From Octopus vulgaris (taxonomy: Eukaryota), in NCBI GenBank assembly GCA_951406725.2, contig OX597814.1, positions 91,512,001 through 91,576,000 of the forward strand: DNA of 64,000 nt, given 5' to 3'. Below the pieces are notes generated by a model. The model was not told the origin of the DNA and did not search any database. It saw only the letters and a program-made list of their open reading frames with translations. A program made the translations under genes and the position numbers. This document shows positions 29,482-43,665 of the stretch, one piece after another (within the stretch, counting starts at the first letter, position 1; each line of letters opens with the position of its first letter).

Positions 29482-29990
29482 ATTGTTTTGTCTTGGTATA
29501 AAAGATGGGCTACAGCAAATATTCTGCTCAATACCACAGATTTGCTTGTCAGTTGTTTGACTTTAACCAGTTAAGCATGTCCCTTAGTGGCTGACGATAT
29601 GTGCATCTCTGATCACGAGCAGAAGTAGTGGGGGAGCATCATAGCCATGTGTTGAGAGGGATTCTTTGGGGTTTGAATGATTCACCTCTGGAAACATGGG
29701 TGGTTCTTTCAACATCCTTAAACAACCCTTATTCAGGGACCTTTTGAGCGGGATGGGCTACTCAACCAGAAGAAAATTCTAACTGGGCCCCACCTGCAAG
29801 GTCATGTGCTGTTTATCTTGATATGAGATCACCATGTCGCGCACATATGGTTGTGATGCATGTGCCTGGTGTACCCTTATCAGACGGGTAGTCATGATGG
29901 GTATATTGGGCTTCGTATATTTTACCCCAATGTCACTTTAATGGCATGAACTGCTCTCTCACTCAATAATAATAATAATAATAATAATGA
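29482..29990 (+). mobile_element. Second copy of the (AAT)n-associated element, 5'-truncated
   Basis: Reverse complement of 6113-6595. It ends in ctctctcactc(aat)n. Confidence 0.85.
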
Positions 29991-31842
29991 TATGACAACA
30001 AGAGAATGAATGAGACCTCTATATTATGTAACCAGAGGAATTTATCTATAATATAATATGTGACAATTAGTCGGTTGCCATAATAAAACTCAGAGTTTCG
30101 GATGTCGGGGCAGGAATCTGAGATGTGGGTTGGGGAGGACTGGGAGGCTGAGGGGAAAGTGGGAAGTAGTTGATTTGAAGATTTCGAAGAAATTTGAAAA
30201 GTGTGTACTGGAAAGAATAAAACACTACTCATTTAACTCCTGATATCATTCATATTGTGTAAATCGGACTATTTTCTATCAATACACATACATATTATTT
30301 AAAATATGTATGTGTATGGATATAAAATTTGTTCCAGACGAAGATTGTTCTCTACAGCATCTAAGTAAAACAGCATTAAATGATATAGAAAGATACTGAA
30401 ATGACTAAATAAAAAATGCCGGATCTTTTGGATTCTAGATTTCAAGAAAATATTCTTTTCAGGCTCACAATATATTCTAATATTTCACCCTCATATCAAG
30501 TATTCATCATTTTATTCCCACGAGAAAAAACATTTGGGCTTGAAGTTATCAGAGGAGTCTGATGCAAGATATTTGCTGTAATTATTTTATCGAATCATGG
30601 GAACTGTTTATTGATTCTAATAAAATAAATCGTAAATCTATTAGGCTACACAATGACAAAGCTTTCAACAACTGTAGCACATTCCTTTGACCTGATATTT
30701 ATGAATCCCGTAAACTATTGATACGTCTCCTCAAATGCAATAGCAACTTTACACATATAGTTAGTTATTAGAGCTTGTTTGTGCAAACTATGAATAGTTT
30801 CAGTACCGACAGAATAGCAAAGATGAGAAATAACAAAACATAACTGGTATTCTAAAACTGAAAGCGTTTTTATGAAGACCCAAGGTCTGGGTTATCGTCT
30901 AAGAATGCATTTTTCAAAACTTCACATCAAAATGCCTTTATGAAAATATTATGAAGGGTATGGATGGTCAGAGTCGAGGTTCAATATTTTAAACAAAATA
31001 AATAGAATATTCTTAGAGTCATGAGCGGCTTTTATGATGAGTTACTGCAGAAAGAAAACTGTTCGCCCGACAAACAACTATAAAATAGATTATAACGAAG
31101 TTCCATTTAACAACAGTTTAACGTAAATGAGCTTTGGGCGGAGGGTTGGATGCAAGAACGATAAATCTGATAGAAGTTCCACTTTCTCTTTTAATTCAGC
31201 AGAAAACAGAAAGGAACAACAAAGTTAAAGTATTTATGCATGAATAACATAAAAGAAATAATATAAATTATCATTCTATCATCATTATTTTAATTATCAT
31301 TATCATCATTACTCAATGGAAGATGTAATCGGATAAAATAACAGGGCATGATTTGGATACAGACAATTTGGACATGATAGGGAAATTTGGTTATTATATA
31401 GGAAAATAAAACTAGTGGTTTCACTTTCACGATGATTGAGTGACTGGGAGAAAATGATGAGGAACGCGAAGCAATGTGAACCCGCTTATGTAGACAAGAG
31501 GTAATAGGAAAATACTACTAGGCAATGAAGGTGAAGTAGGTGTAGAAATTAAGGTATGCAACTTGATGTCTTGCGTTCTCCATCAGTTGCAGAGAGCTGT
31601 TTAGACATTGAAAATATAATTCCCGCTGCTTTTTCGTTTACCTTCTATCATTGTAACTTGTAAGACTGAGGAAGAGCGCTATCCGAAATTTGAATACACT
31701 AGCCTACATATGTAATTTGTTTTACATTTTTAGTCGCTCTGTATAGATTCATGCATGCATACATATATGCATAAATACATACATAAGCACATATACACAC
31801 ACACACATATATATATATATGTATACCTATATATACACACAC

Positions 31843-31874
<32 letters not shown>

Positions 31875-31875
<1 letters not shown>

Positions 31876-32060
31876 AGCAGACAATTCACAAAAAAAGACA
31901 AAAGACGAAGACAGGTGGTGTAGACAACAAACAGATGCATTAGTTTTACGCTCGGGAAGTGAAAAAGTCTTTAACGTTTCGATTCTACGCTCTTCTACAG
32001 AAAGGAACACAGAAAGAAACAAGGAGTGAAAAATAAAGAATGTGAAGTGGCTAGCAATCT
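31875..32060 (-). repeat. PLE-terminal-like repeat with a variant hammerhead-like core
   Basis: Minus strand reads cttt CTGTAGA agagcgtagaatc GAAA cgtt aaag. A related copy lies at 39090-39235. Confidence 0.55.
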
Positions 32061-32660
32061 CGTGCATACACACACACATGCGCGCATGCACTCACACACA
32101 CACACATACACATATTCATAGTATTTTTGGAGAGTCAACATGGTATGTTAGCTTTTGTATATTCCACTGATATTCATCCATCAAAGTAATTCAATTAATT
32201 TTCTTATTTTCTTTATAGTTAAAGCAGGAGAGGATAGAACACACATTTAGGGTTCAATAAATTAAAATACCACAGTTTGAAACCACGCAGGGTTTATTAA
32301 TATGCATTGTGTATGAAAATTATGTCCTCGAATTTAAATTCTCTCATTCAGGATATAGTGTGATATTTTCTTATTGTTGATATACTATTTTCGTGTCATT
32401 TTCCTTTCCTGAGCATCTTATCATATAGAATAGTTTAAATGTTTACTTTTTTTCATGGAAAGCAGAAGTAACTATTTAGCAAATTATATGACGACTTATA
32501 TAATGAATTTTGCTAATTATATGATGAATGTGGGACTTCTGCATGTTGCATTGCATCTAATCCATAAATATGAGATTTTCCTCTACTGTATTAATTCTTA
32601 ATTTAAATCATAAAATGAACGTTCAAATCTATTTAATGTATTGGCTCCGATCTAGTTAAA

Positions 32661-32790
32661 ACTAACAGTATAACCCAGCTTTGCTCGAGATTGAGTTAGA
32701 ATTATTAAGCTAATCGAGTTCTTTATTTCAAACCAAACTAAGTAACATTAACATAAAATTTGGGCGAAATCCGTTGATTTTATATAAATT

Positions 32791-32843
<53 letters not shown>

Positions 32844-33258
32844 AACGCACATACACGTACGTACATACCGCTATTGCATACATGTCTATTGTATGCATAC
32901 ATGTTCATGTGTATGTGTGTGTGTTGCCCGTATATCAACGAAACACCTTTTTTCCTTGATGGAAAAAAAACAACATAATTCTTAACAAAAACTCACTCGT
33001 CGCTAGAAGGGGACTTAAATCCTGTTTGCAAACAATGGTGATTTCTCCGTCTTGATAATTGTTAAAAGTTTTGGTTGAAAATATATTTTTACTACTATTC
33101 ACTAGAGCGTCTGGGGAAAATAAGTTGATGAAAATACAGCTGGAATCATAACAAATGTCCTCCTAAAATTGGAGCAATATGCATGCTAATTTGTGAACGT
33201 ACATAAATTACATTCACGTACACACACACACACACATCCTACCTTCTATATACACAGA
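32661..33258 (+). mobile_element. Possible Helentron-associated non-autonomous element
   Basis: Start actaacagtataacccagctttgctcgag resembles 60954 actagcaattcatcctggcgttacccggg. It ends ccttctatatacacagat after a CA tract. Confidence 0.35.
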
Positions 33259-36200
33259 TTAATTTAACTTTTTCCCCGTTATCTGAAGACATATATTTCT
33301 ATGCCCTTACATTTCATCTGCACAGCTGGTAGACAAGATGTATATTAGCAGAGAAATAATACTACAGAGTTATCGATTCATGAAGTTGAAGCCAACATGA
33401 AGCTAATATTGCTATACAGTAGAAATCTCCAAGAAATACGAGCTACATATTAGAATAACAGAGTGATATTCATCTGCTTTTGTGACAAAAACAACATCGA
33501 GTTATTCGCTGGATATTGAACATGGCTATGTGGGAGAATACCTCTACTGCACAACAGACTGAATATACTACAGAGATAAAAAAAGAGAAAATTAATTGCT
33601 ACTGAACGAGTACAGTCTAATAAACTAGAAAACCCCTATTTGTTCTTATATGCCATTGCATATTGGGTATCCACACTATTGTATATGTATGTCAATGAAA
33701 CAATAAACTTGGATATAAATTCTGTAATAGTATAACTATTGTTAAGTAGTCGTCGCGCAATGGGTTATAACGATATCAAGCATGCAACTATAATCGATGG
33801 AAGATATAATAGCAGTATATAATACGTTTAAAAGGCAACCTGATTAGAAATCCAAGATATAATTTAAAGAGAGATTGTTATAGATGTAAACTGATTTCAA
33901 TAGATATAATACTTAATATTCGTAAATATATTAAATCTTTGAATTTATGCATGTACCTTGTTCATTAAATCATAATTTCAAAATATGATAGAAACTTTCC
34001 AAAAGACCATTTACAAGTGGATGGAAAGTATTTCTCGTTTATAAAATAACATGCTAAATTCTCATTTATATAATACAATGTGTACGTAATACGCAATAGT
34101 TTTTCGAATTTATTGAAGGAACTATTAGTTAATATCTCACATATTATTCATGTTTCGTTCTATGATTACATGTCATGTGCCGGAAGTCGCCTACATAGGA
34201 TTTCCTTATAAAACCAGCTTGCTATATGATTGAACACTTTCTTTAATTCTGCCTTATACATAGGTTATGATGCAGGTCGTATTCCTAGTCTGCTTTCTCA
34301 CTCTATTACTTCTGTTCCACTCTGATATTTTAATGTTGCTAACATTATGAATACTTGGCCTATTAGAAAGAGAAAGCAAATTCTTCTCAAATCAATGATT
34401 TCTTTTTATACTTAAGGTGGATGGCTATACTTAAATACATTTCGTTATACGTTTCCACAAACAAACTATGCTAACCTATAGCTAAATTCCAATTACATAA
34501 GTGTTCTATAAACTTCACAATAAATTCACTGTGTTTAAGTTTTAAACTAAAATGTTCAACACTTCTCTAACAACTGGACGGCAATTACGTATTCATTGCT
34601 TTACAGGAAGCATGCAAAATAATTTAATTTCCAGAACAACAAGTACCCACACCCTAAAGGTATAACTCTTATCTCTTGATCATGTTTTTACCTTAACTAG
34701 TCTCTGAAACTCGACAAAATTTATGGATAGTGACATTTCTCGTTGAAAGAAAGCATGAAAAGAAAACAAACTAGAAACAGTAGTTAACTCAAACTGAGTT
34801 GGTAAAATGAACTGCTTTTTACAGCCTCTTATACAAACGTAGTTTTATAGATATAACGTTACAGCATAAAAATTAGATACACCATAATTCTTAAAAGGTA
34901 TTTTGTTACCTTAACATGCAAGAAATATCAACTGTAGCATTATGTTTGTCAGTTCAAACAATGCGCTGGTGAAATTTGCTATTTATACACATGAGGATCG
35001 TTATAAGTAACAGCAACTTATTAAACAGAATAAATCACATGTGTCTTCCACGCAAACAATTACTGTAGCTAATGCTAAAATCAAACATTTTGGAATGGTC
35101 GGACATATTCTTAAAATGAATAAGATAAACAAAATATATCGTATAAGTATTTTATCATAGAAAAGTAAGTTCAGCATAGATAAAATTGATTATAAGTTTT
35201 AGGCATTTACACTTTCGATGGAACAAAATTGTAAATGCACAATAAAAAGGTTACATTTGACAATTGACTTTACGGTGTTACCGTGTATTTAATGTAGGCC
35301 TTGCCAGAAAGTTCAAAACCGTCTCTTCTCACCTAATATGAAAAACACAATTATACAAATAGGATTTAGAGCAGTAAATCATGAAAGGAAAAATGAATAA
35401 GTTATTCGTATCACCTTTATATATAACAAAGTTGTTATTAACTTATGTAGAACTTGTTTAAGTTGTGCTTATCTAAATATTTCTTTCATCTTCCAGTAAG
35501 TAGTGAAGTTTATAATATATGTGTATAATGTACTTAGATTATAAACTTCACTAGTAGATTTCTAGGTGTTTGAAGTTGTTTCATTCTATTTTCTATTCCA
35601 TCTTGGTCATATTTATATTGTAAGTTGAAAGTGTTACATTGAGATATGTAGTAAATATAGAGTATATGGACTAATGAAAACCACGTAAACACAAAATCCA
35701 TTCACTTAAATCTCCAATTAACATTAATTATATACTACTACATGTATAATTATATACACTAAAAGGTCTAAAATCAAAATTTTCCCATCAGTAATCAACC
35801 GTAAGGATGTAATCCCCGCCACTGGTTATTAATAGTTAATGTGAAAAAATTGATTGCCAATATGAAATCGGAAACATCGTGACTGCAATAGGTAGTGCAG
35901 CACTTACAATTTCAGCACTTCATCACTGGTATATCATGCATATACAAACAGGAACAAGAGCAACACAAGATACAAAGAAACAATTAGAAAAGCAGCTGAA
36001 TACAATGCATCAAAATGTTGCAAATTTTCGCTAAAACAGAAGAAGGCAGTACACAAAATACAGCATAGTGATAAACCAGCGACAAAGTAAAATTCTGACT
36101 AATTTTAATCCAGCCGGCATTTTCTATAGAGATTAGATAATCCTATCTTCTTGAACGAAGTGGCTACACACACCGACATCATACACTCAAGCAGAGGAGA

Positions 36201-36412
36201 CTACGAAGGTCTAAAAGTCTGATCATTGATTAAGAGTTTCATTATTGATACAAATGTAAGAATCTAAAAATATATATGTATATAAACAACCTTGATAAAA
36301 TGTTACTAAAACGTATTTGTGGCGTATATGCGATAATACACATGTATCTGTGAGAGAGTGCACATAATGTATGTTTATGCCGGTATGCATGCATTTATAT
36401 ATTTATAAATAA

Positions 36413-36635
36413 CACAGGGAAACAAAGTTTTTGTTGCATTAATACCAGGACTTGTTCTTAACTCATTTAAGCATGCTGAATTCAAATCTGAAGTTAGTTT
36501 GTCTCTGTAAGCTCTAGATTTTATGCAATTCAACTTCTTTTTCTCAAAACTTGGACATCTCTCACATGGTGACATGGCCCAGCTGAAAATTTTATGGCCA
36601 TACAGTCTTAAAATTACTTTCAAAATAACCGCCTG
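36413..36635. mobile_element. Chapaev3-like terminal fragment
   Basis: cacagggaaacaaa...aactcatttaagcatgctgaattcaaatctgaag resembles the termini at 37404 and 38389. Confidence 0.55.
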
Positions 36636-36803
36636 GTACATACATACATACATGCATGCATACATACGTACATACATACATACATACATACATACATACA
36701 TACATACATACATACATACATACATACATACATACATACATACATACATACATACGTACATAAATACACGCATACATACATATGTGTGTGCGTGTTTGTA
36801 TGA

Positions 36804-37062
36804 AGGTGCATGGCACAGTGATTACGGTGTTGCACTTAGGATGCGAAATCGTAGTTTTGATTCCCAGACCGGGCGTTGCATTATGTTCTTGAGCATAACG
36901 CTTCACTTCATGTTGCTCTGTGATCATTTCTCCATCTGATATGTGGCACATGGTGCACCTGTACAGGTAATGTCGATTTGATGGAAGGAGTGAGTTTATG
37001 TGAACACAAACATTTGATCACTATAAATAGATCATTTGTGTGGTCTACCGACGGGAATGTCT
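36804..37062 (+). mobile_element. SINE family B-related copy
   Basis: ggtgcatggcacagtgatta...gattcccagaccgggc...tgttcttgagca, as in 10400-10520. Confidence 0.7.
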
Positions 37063-37106
37063 GCTGTATATATATATACATACATACGTACATACATACA
37101 TATATA

Positions 37107-37150
<44 letters not shown>

Positions 37151-37235
37151 CGTACATACATACATATATATATTTATATATACATATATACATATATACA
37201 TACATACGTACATACATACATATATATATTTATAT

Positions 37236-37283
<48 letters not shown>

Positions 37284-37403
37284 CATACATACATACATAC
37301 ATATATATATATATGCATGTGTGGTAGGTATGCATGTAAGTACATAGGTAAATATGTATGTGTGTATATATCTATGTGTGCATGTGTACTGATTAACAGT
37401 TAA

Positions 37404-38389
37404 CACTGGTCAACAAATGTTGGGTTTTATTGATATCAACACTTGGCATTAACTAATTTGAGGGCATAGATTTCAGAGCTGAAGCTGGCTATTTCCTAAA
37501 CGCTCTAATTTTTTTTGCAATCAAGGTATTTTAAAATTTCGTCTTCATCACATTGACGTCATAGTCTATGTGGAGAAATATGTGATTAAACTCTCTTTAA
37601 ATTAGCTGCGTAATAAAAAAGAAAATGCAAGATAGTATAAATGTATTCAAGAACACAATTTGAAACACGTTTCCATAATAAGCAAAGGTTTATCGTTGAT
37701 ATAAAACTGTTGATTGATAAATACGACATTAGTTACTCTGCGGAGGCAAAGCTCACTTGTGGACTATTCCTGGAGGAATTTATGCTAGAAGCTGTTGCGT
37801 GTGTTGAGTGTCCCAGGGCAATCTCGCTTAATGCCCAAGCAATAGTCTGCCAGCATATGTTTGTCCCCTCTTCCTTGGTAACACACTTCAGTGGTTTTGA
37901 GGTGCTGGTGGAACCGCTCGCCGTGTTTGTCACTTACTGCTCCTAGGTTCTCAAGGAATCTATCAAGATGACTGTACATGAAATGGAGTTTGACACATCC
38001 AAGATTACGTAAAGCTAACAATATATTAACGACAAGAGTTTCATAGCTGCCAGCCTTTTTATTACCGAGAAAAATTTCTATTTCCACCACAAATGAAAGT
38101 CATGCAGTCCTTTCCTTGTCATTCATCTTTCTGGCAAATTCTTGGTCACGTATAAGTGTACAAATCTCCGGTCCATCAAACACACCTATCTTGATCTTCT
38201 CGAAAGACAAAGCAGGGAGAGAATAGACTATGTATAGAAGGCATTCAAAATCAGTATTTAAATCTGCATGAAAACTAGAGCATGTAGAACATAACCGTTT
38301 TCAGATTTTAATTTAGCAGGTTCAAAACACTAAGAATTAGTTACAAAATTTTATGCAACTGAGATTTCGAAAAAATTTGTTGTTCTGTA
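37404..38389 (-). mobile_element. Chapaev3-like (CMC) DNA transposon relic
   Basis: CACTG/CACAG-type inverted termini. Transposase fragment 37740-38260 reads LSFEKIKIGVFDGP...FLGNKK...KLHFMYSHLDRF.ENLGAVSDKHGERFHQ...YQGR...MLADYC. Confidence 0.75.
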
Positions 38390-39089
38390 TAATGTATGCT
38401 TATTTATGTAACCACGTACATACGCATATATACCCACATATTTACATCCATATGGACAAAGATAAGATAGGGCAGTTAATAATTAGATTTATGGACGTGC
38501 TTTCACAAAAGTTGCCTGTGTTTTCGTAGTGTACTCCATATTCAATGCTTCTGTGTTTCTGTTTTCCCTTGTGGTTGTTAATATAATTATACAGTGGGGT
38601 GAGTCTTTCAAATACTGACGTAAAAAGTGTTGTTCTTCTCGTCTGAATTTAGTTATGTTATACTGTTTAGAATGTTAGTGTAGCTTCATATATGAATGAC
38701 CAAGTGTGATGTGTTTCATCATTATATGCAGCTGGATAACTGGTCAACATTATTTCTTGTGTGTGTTAATGTGACAGTGCAGGTTGGTTCTTAGTTATAT
38801 CTGTTGTCTAAATCTGCAGAAATTTGCTTGGGTTTTTATACATGTTTATGAATATATACAATGAATCAAGATAGCTTGTCAGTTCGAATGTTTGTCTGTA
38901 TCAGTGTATATGCATGCGTCTATTTCTGTGAATGTATATGAATTTTATGTGTTGCAAGTGTGGATCTATTTATACTGTATGCAAGAATTTTCAATAATAT
39001 AATTTCCTAACCTGTTATCTCTCTCTCTCTCTCTATCTCACTCTCTCTCTACACACACACATATATATATATATTTAGTTCAAATATCT

Positions 39090-39235
39090 AGAAAAAGAAA
39101 AGACGAGGACAGGTGTATGAACAACAAGCAAGTGTATTAGTTTGACGCTCGGGAATAATGAAAAGGTCTTTTCAGTTTCAATCCTACGCTCTTCAACAGA
39201 AAGGAATAAGAAGAAATAAACAGTGTAGAGTTCGC
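39090..39235 (-). repeat. Second copy of the 31875-32060 repeat
   Basis: Shares gacaggtg...aacaa...attagtttgacgctcggga...ctacgctcttc.acagaaagga. Confidence 0.7.
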
Positions 39236-39254
39236 CAGTCCAGCATGGTGAATT

Positions 39255-39290
<36 letters not shown>

Positions 39291-39948
39291 TATAATATAT
39301 ATATAAACATGTATGAATGTATATACGCTAAGTGAATTAGGATATATAATTCAGGTGTGTAAATGGATATTGACGAAACAATTACAAACAAACCAATGTA
39401 TGTAATCTAACTACATTTTTCGATAGCTTATAAGATAGCTTTGTATTCGCGTGCGCATGTTTACCCTACATGTTCTTTTGTATTATATATCTATGTATAT
39501 ATTTTCTTAAGGTTCTGGTCAACCCGATATTATACGAAAAAAATGAATTTGTATGGCATTTGGAACAAAAACAGATCTCATTGCCCGGAGATAAACTTCC
39601 TAAAAGAAAGCAGGTACATCTTTGTTGGATAGTTTTCTTTTTTTACATGCGATTCCAATGTTCAATGCAGTTATGCTGAATACACGGAAGAAACTGTTGT
39701 GACACATGTTTGTCATAATATCAGCCAATTCACATAATAAATGAATGCGAACAGGTAGTTCAATTCATCGTATATGTGGAGTTTATACCTGCAAAACCGT
39801 AGGTATAGCATATAATTTACAAAAGAAGGAAAAGCCAGCTGCTTCGCAAGCATCCATTCAAATACGCTGTATGTACAGAGAAAAATATAGAGAAGGAAAG
39901 AGTAAGATGAAAAGAAAGGAGTATGGGGGTATGTCGATGTGCGCATGA

Positions 39949-40165
39949 AGGTGCACACGTCAGTGATTAGAGCGTCAAGCTCACAATCATCAGGTAGTGA
40001 TTTCGATTCCCGGAGCTGGCTGTGCGTAGTGTTTTTCAGCAAGATCCTCTATTTCATGCTGCTCCAGTTCACTCGGCTATAGAAATGAGTTGCGACGTCA
40101 CAGATATCAAGCTGTATCGGCGTTTGCCTTTCCCTTGCATAAAATCGGTGGGGTTGAGAAGGGAT
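39949..40165 (+). mobile_element. SINE family B
   Basis: Matches 10400-10610. Confidence 0.8.
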
Positions 40166-40320
40166 CAATTTGTACATTACCTGGTCAGGATCTGTGCCAC
40201 ATTCACTCTATAAAAATAAATGATTTTTAGGGCTACGACCACATAAGATAAAGTTTGCACCCCTACCCCACGTCCCTCATAGCATACACTTTTGAAAGCA
40301 ACATGTGTGGAACCGGTTAA

Positions 40321-40372
<52 letters not shown>

Positions 40373-41974
40373 AAATTTGAATAAATCTTCATATATCCTC
40401 TGCATTTTCCACTTCATTTATTAGTACTTGTTTGGATTCGCAACGATTTTGCTATTTATATTCTCTATATAAGGAACAAAAAACATACCATCAGAATCTG
40501 GCAGAAGTGAGAATCCATGGAACGAAGATGTCCTCAAGCAACTGAAATGCTTGTCGAATTTCCGAACTATACCAAAGATACGGGAACAACTAAGTGAATG
40601 CCCAAGAGAGGTTAACACTACAAAATCTGAAAAAAAAGCAACGATAATACAAGGCCGATGCGGATCGACAAACACACTTATCAAATGTAGTTTCAGTCAT
40701 GTCTCGTATTCAGTCTAACTTGTATTTTGGAACACGTTAAAGAACAACTGGAAAGCAGACATTTACAAAAATTGATTAAACTCAGCCTCGACAATTCTCT
40801 CTGGAAATCTTCAAATAAAATCTATTGAAAATATAACCAAAAAACAGAGAAATCTTAAAGAAAGGATGACTCTACAAAAATTCAAATTGAAAATTTAATT
40901 ACTGCTATTAAGGGCAAATTCCAACGAACAAAAATTAAAATCCGCTGACGAACATATTGAAGTGAAAAATTAAAACAAAAGTAGCCACGGCGTTCTGTGT
41001 GAAAATACCTTTAAATGCTGGAGAGAAAAATATTTAAATAAAGTTGTTGAGAAAATAAAAACAAAAAACAGAGTGTCTGGTTCAACAAATACGAAGGCGA
41101 ATTTCAAAACGAAAATCAGGTGCATAACCCATTTCTAAAGAAAATTAAAACATAACAATTGTAGCCACAAACGGCCAAACAAACAGCTAAAATTAAGAAT
41201 TGTATCCAATAAAGTTGCGAACGCAACAGCACCAATTCCAGACTCTCTAGACATTATGAGTGCGAACATATATATATATGCATGTGTGTGCGTGCCTGCG
41301 TGTTTGTGTATGTCTATATGTATATATGCATGAATGTATCCATGTATGTGTGTATGTATATATGTATGTATATGTGTAGGGATGGGTGCGTTAATATATG
41401 CGTTAATGATACATAACAGAATAAAAATTAATCAGTAACTAGATTATAGTAGAAATAATTTAATTCGGTCAGCTGGAACCAATCTGGCTAAAAATATATT
41501 TGCGTCAAACTTTTTGGATCTTCCCACCGGATATTTTGCATGAATGCATAAAATGGTGGTTCGGGTACAATCTTCCAAAGTGACAGCATAAATCTCACGT
41601 TAACGAGATGTGAATATAAAACAAGTGACATTACGCTCTTGGTGATTTAAATATGCATAATAAATCTATGATTAAGAGTTAAATAGAGATAATGAAAAGT
41701 ATAGAGTTTTCGCAGGAGTTGGTAAATTGGTGATATCGCATATAAGCAAATTATTTCTTGCAATGTATTATATAAAACAGCTGCACTTTCTTATGCTGCC
41801 ATCCATAATGTTTACGTTACTCAACACTACTGTATTGACATTATTGCTTGAAGCAAATATCCTCTATTACAAAGGTTAGGAGATATCTTAGGGATAAAGA
41901 AGGGAAACAAAGAAATGACTAATACGCACGCGCGCGCATACACACTCACTCACACACATATACATGCACATATA

Positions 41975-43543
41975 CAGTGGGGGGAAATAAATATTAGTAC
42001 GTATCAACACTCTTTCTTTATTTAATTTCTAATGAATATAAATGGGATATACCAATACTACATTTTCATACACATGCATAAGCTAAGAATAAACTAAGGA
42101 ATTTATATTCAATTATAAATATTTAGGGGTGTAAAAAGTATTCGTACAGAACATAAATAACTGATAATTTTGATTTAATACTTCACAGCATAACCATTAT
42201 TCAGTTCCACTTCAACCAATCTCTTCTTGTAGTTCTTAATCAATGACTGGCAAGTTTCTTTAGACATTTTTTTCCATTCTTCTTGACAAATTTTCTTCAA
42301 ATCTGCAATACACGTTGGGGCTCTTCAATTAATTTTAATTTTCAAATAATGCCACAAATTTTCAATGGGGTTCAAGTCAGGTGACTGGCTTGGCCATTCT
42401 AATAATTTTATATTGTGATCGACAATCCATTTTTTGGTAGACTTCGTCGTGTACTTAGGATCGTTATCCTGTTGTAAAACCCACCTTTCACAAAGCTGGA
42501 GCTTTTCTACAGAGTCCCATAAATCATTGTTCAAAATATTTTGGTACATCTCTGCATTCATTCTAACATCTATCACATGTAAATTGCCAGTAACATTTGC
42601 AGAGAAACACCCCCACACCATGATGTTGCCACCTCCATACTTTCCAGTAGGAATTGTGTTTTTCGGCGAACAGGTGGTACCATCTTTCCTCCGAACATGG
42701 TTCCAAACAATTTAATTTTCGACTCATCTGTCCATAGAACATGTTCTCAGAATGTATCAGATATATCTTTATGTTCATAAACAAATTTTAAACGGGCATC
42801 TCTATGCCTTTTAGTCAACAGCGGAGTTTTTCTAGGAGAGCGTGATTTCAGTTCATTCCTATGAAGTTCATTGCTGATTGTTCGTAGTGTAACACTAGTC
42901 TCTGAAGCTAACAAATCTTCTTGCAACTCCTTTTTGGTGATCATAGCGTTTTTATCCGATTCTTCGCTTCATTTTTCTTAAAGATCTAGGGGAAATCTTG
43001 CGTGGTACACCGGATTATATTCTGTTTTCAACAGTTCCCGATTTTTTTTATATCTTTGAATAAATGAAGATATGGTAGAAAATGGAATACAAAGGGTCTC
43101 TGATATTTTCCTGTAACTTTTACCTGCTTTCCACTGTTCAATGATTAAGTTTTTCACTGAATTTGTGAGTTCTTTACTTTTCGCCATTATTACGATAATG
43201 TTGTCTCAATGCTGAATGAAGAAGCTAGTGTTTGACACTTAAAAATGACAACTGATAAGATTATTGGAACAAACGAGAAGGTTCTAGTAAAAAAAATATA
43301 TTTTAACAGTATTTTGTGGCATAGAAAATCATAAATGTATTCTTTACGAATACTTTTTTCACCCCTAAATATTAATAATTGTATATAAATTCATCAGTTA
43401 TAATTCATTAGTTTCTTTTGCATATTCTTAGTTTATGCATGTGTATGCAAAGCAAATATAGCATTGGTATATCCCATTTATGTTCATTAGAAATTAAATA
43501 AATAAGGACTTTTGACATGTACGAATATTTATTTCCCCCTCTG
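41975..43543 (-). mobile_element. Full-length Tc1-like (DD34E) transposon with long IR/DR-type TIRs
   Basis: ta|cagtggggggaaataaatattagtac ... gtacgaatatttatttccccctctg|ta. TIRs are ~175-200 bp with an inner direct repeat aaaagtattcgta. Length 1569 bp. Confidence 0.95.
42175..43187 (-). pseudogene. Tc1 transposase with several frameshifts
   Basis: Reads MAKSKEL...GKSYRKIS, PRKTPLL..RHRDARLKF, LWTDESK, GGGNIMVWGCF, QQDNDPK, WPSQSPDLNPIENLW and GYAVKY*, spread over several frames. Confidence 0.93.
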
Positions 43544-43634
43544 TATTATACATATATATTATATACATATCTTATATTTTACTTGTTCCACTCATTAGAC
43601 TGCTGCCATATATACATGCATTCATACGTACACT

Positions 43635-43665
<31 letters not shown>

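Noticed and set aside
40430-41250. A-rich segment possibly from a retroelement ORF
   Set aside because: No diagnostic motif could be read in any frame.
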